The translations under genes and the position numbers were made by a program. The notes under the pieces were generated by a model. That model saw only the letters and a list, made by a program, of their open reading frames with translations. It was not told the DNA's origin and made no database searches. Shown here piece after piece: positions 63,318 to 64,000 of a stretch of DNA of 64,000 nucleotides (its first letter is position 1; the number at the start of each line of letters is the position of its first letter). The DNA lies in NCBI GenBank assembly GCA_036000105.1, contig DASYGE010000002.1, positions 264,793-328,792 on the forward strand, read 5' to 3'. The stretch is from Gammaproteobacteria bacterium (lineage in GTDB: Bacteria; Pseudomonadota; Gammaproteobacteria; Natronospirales; REEB76).

Positions 63318-63801
63318 CGGTTTGCCCCATCCTCGGGCCGGTAAATGTCGTAGAGATGACTTAATACTAGCAGTTAAAAAGTATTATGTAAAGTAAATAG
63401 CTCGCACATTCTGATACCCAGAGAGACAATCGCTTAGCTTACAAAATATTATTATTATGTATATCAATAGCTTACGAACTTTCTCCTCCTAAACAAGCTC
63501 CTTTTTGAAGATCAAACCCAGCCTGTCCTAAAGGGCGATATCCCAGGTTTTGAGATCGAAGACGCCCCGTGGATTTCGCTGGAGAAGGATGTTGGACCAC
63601 AGCTGAAGGCGCGTGATGGGAAAGCTGTAGGCTCACTTATGTGCTGGGTTACTATGCCTATCGTCCGAGCGATTACGATATTATTGTCAAGTTATAGGTA
63701 GGCTGTCCGGCTTCGACGGGACGGAAAGTCGTCCACCGGTAGCGAACCGCCGCGTCCGCCGCCTTAGGCAATAACCCTTGGGATTCTTGGGAGACATCTG
63801 A

Positions 63802-64000
63802 ATGCACATGCGGCTCGCCGCATTGGCTCTATCCACCGGACTATTGGCGGCCTGCCAGTCGGGTCCGCCCCAGAGCGCTTGGCTGATGGATGGCGATCAG
63901 CCTTATATCGCCCAGGACGGGCATTGCGTGCAGGTGCGCCCGCTCACCCCCAAGGATCAGAGCGGCTTCTGTTACGAGGTCATGACCGGCCAGTATCAGA
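63802..64000 (+). CDS. lipoprotein, N-terminal 66 codons (runs off the right edge)
   Basis: ATG after GGGAGA. MHMRLAALALSTGLLAAC has a lipobox. Open to the window end. Confidence 0.55.
   Translation, partial: MHMRLAALALSTGLLAACQSGPPQSAWLMDGDQPYIAQDGHCVQVRPLTPKDQSGFCYEVMTGQYQ

Noticed and set aside
63471-63699. Stop-free reading frame (...EDQTQPVLKGDIPGFEIEDAPWISLEKDVGPQLKARDGKAVG...) in the AT-rich region upstream of the 297-aa gene
   Set aside because: It has no plausible start codon or SD until very late, no recognisable family and mixed composition. It could be a gene remnant, but I cannot support it as a feature.

Overview
High-GC proteobacterial chromosome segment whose gene order resembles gammaproteobacteria. 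I support about 70 protein genes, 3 tRNAs and one 6S RNA.

Core blocks, left to right:
- SDR / SRPBCC / quinone-reductase cluster, then coq7.
- A LuxR-type regulator with DUF4199, and a GlcF-like Fe-S protein divergent from a 2Fe-2S ferredoxin.
- rplM-rpsI-tRNA-Gln.
- rpiA, an EVE-domain gene, the 5-FCL gene preceded by 6S RNA, zapA, ygfB-pepP-ubiH-ubiI.
- phhAB, ispG, mutS.
- pncC, then an SOS-box-preceded thpR-recA-recX, then alaS-lysC-csrA-tRNA-Ser.
- DUF481, prc, a Sel1 protein, a CadC-like regulator, tRNA-Arg.
- A four-gene envelope cluster.

Accessory material:
- Two tandem islands sit at the tRNA-Gln 3' end. One carries an RcnR/RcnA/NRAMP/porin metal module. The other is AT-rich, with two integrase 3' remnants and small membrane-protein genes.
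- A roughly 1940-aa tandem-repeat adhesin is fused in frame to an OM beta-barrel and is followed by a class-3 lipase lipoprotein.
- A 0.56-kb AT-rich gene is inserted between an alpha/beta hydrolase gene and mutS. It is flanked by 28-bp hairpin direct repeats.

I found no recognisable defence, toxin, reverse-transcriptase or CRISPR proteins. The candidates for something undescribed are at the RNA, repeat and micro-ORF level:
1. All three tRNA genes are preceded by an orphan copy of their own leader and 5' end, broken in the D-loop and fused to a modular hairpin repeat whose stems co-vary.
2. A palindromic 28-mer brackets AT-rich membrane-protein cassettes.
3. Two unannotated poly-lysine micro-proteins have strong SD sites and terminators.
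4. The adhesin/barrel junction contains an internal signal peptide.

All calls rest on reading the sequence and recognising families by eye. No database search was run.
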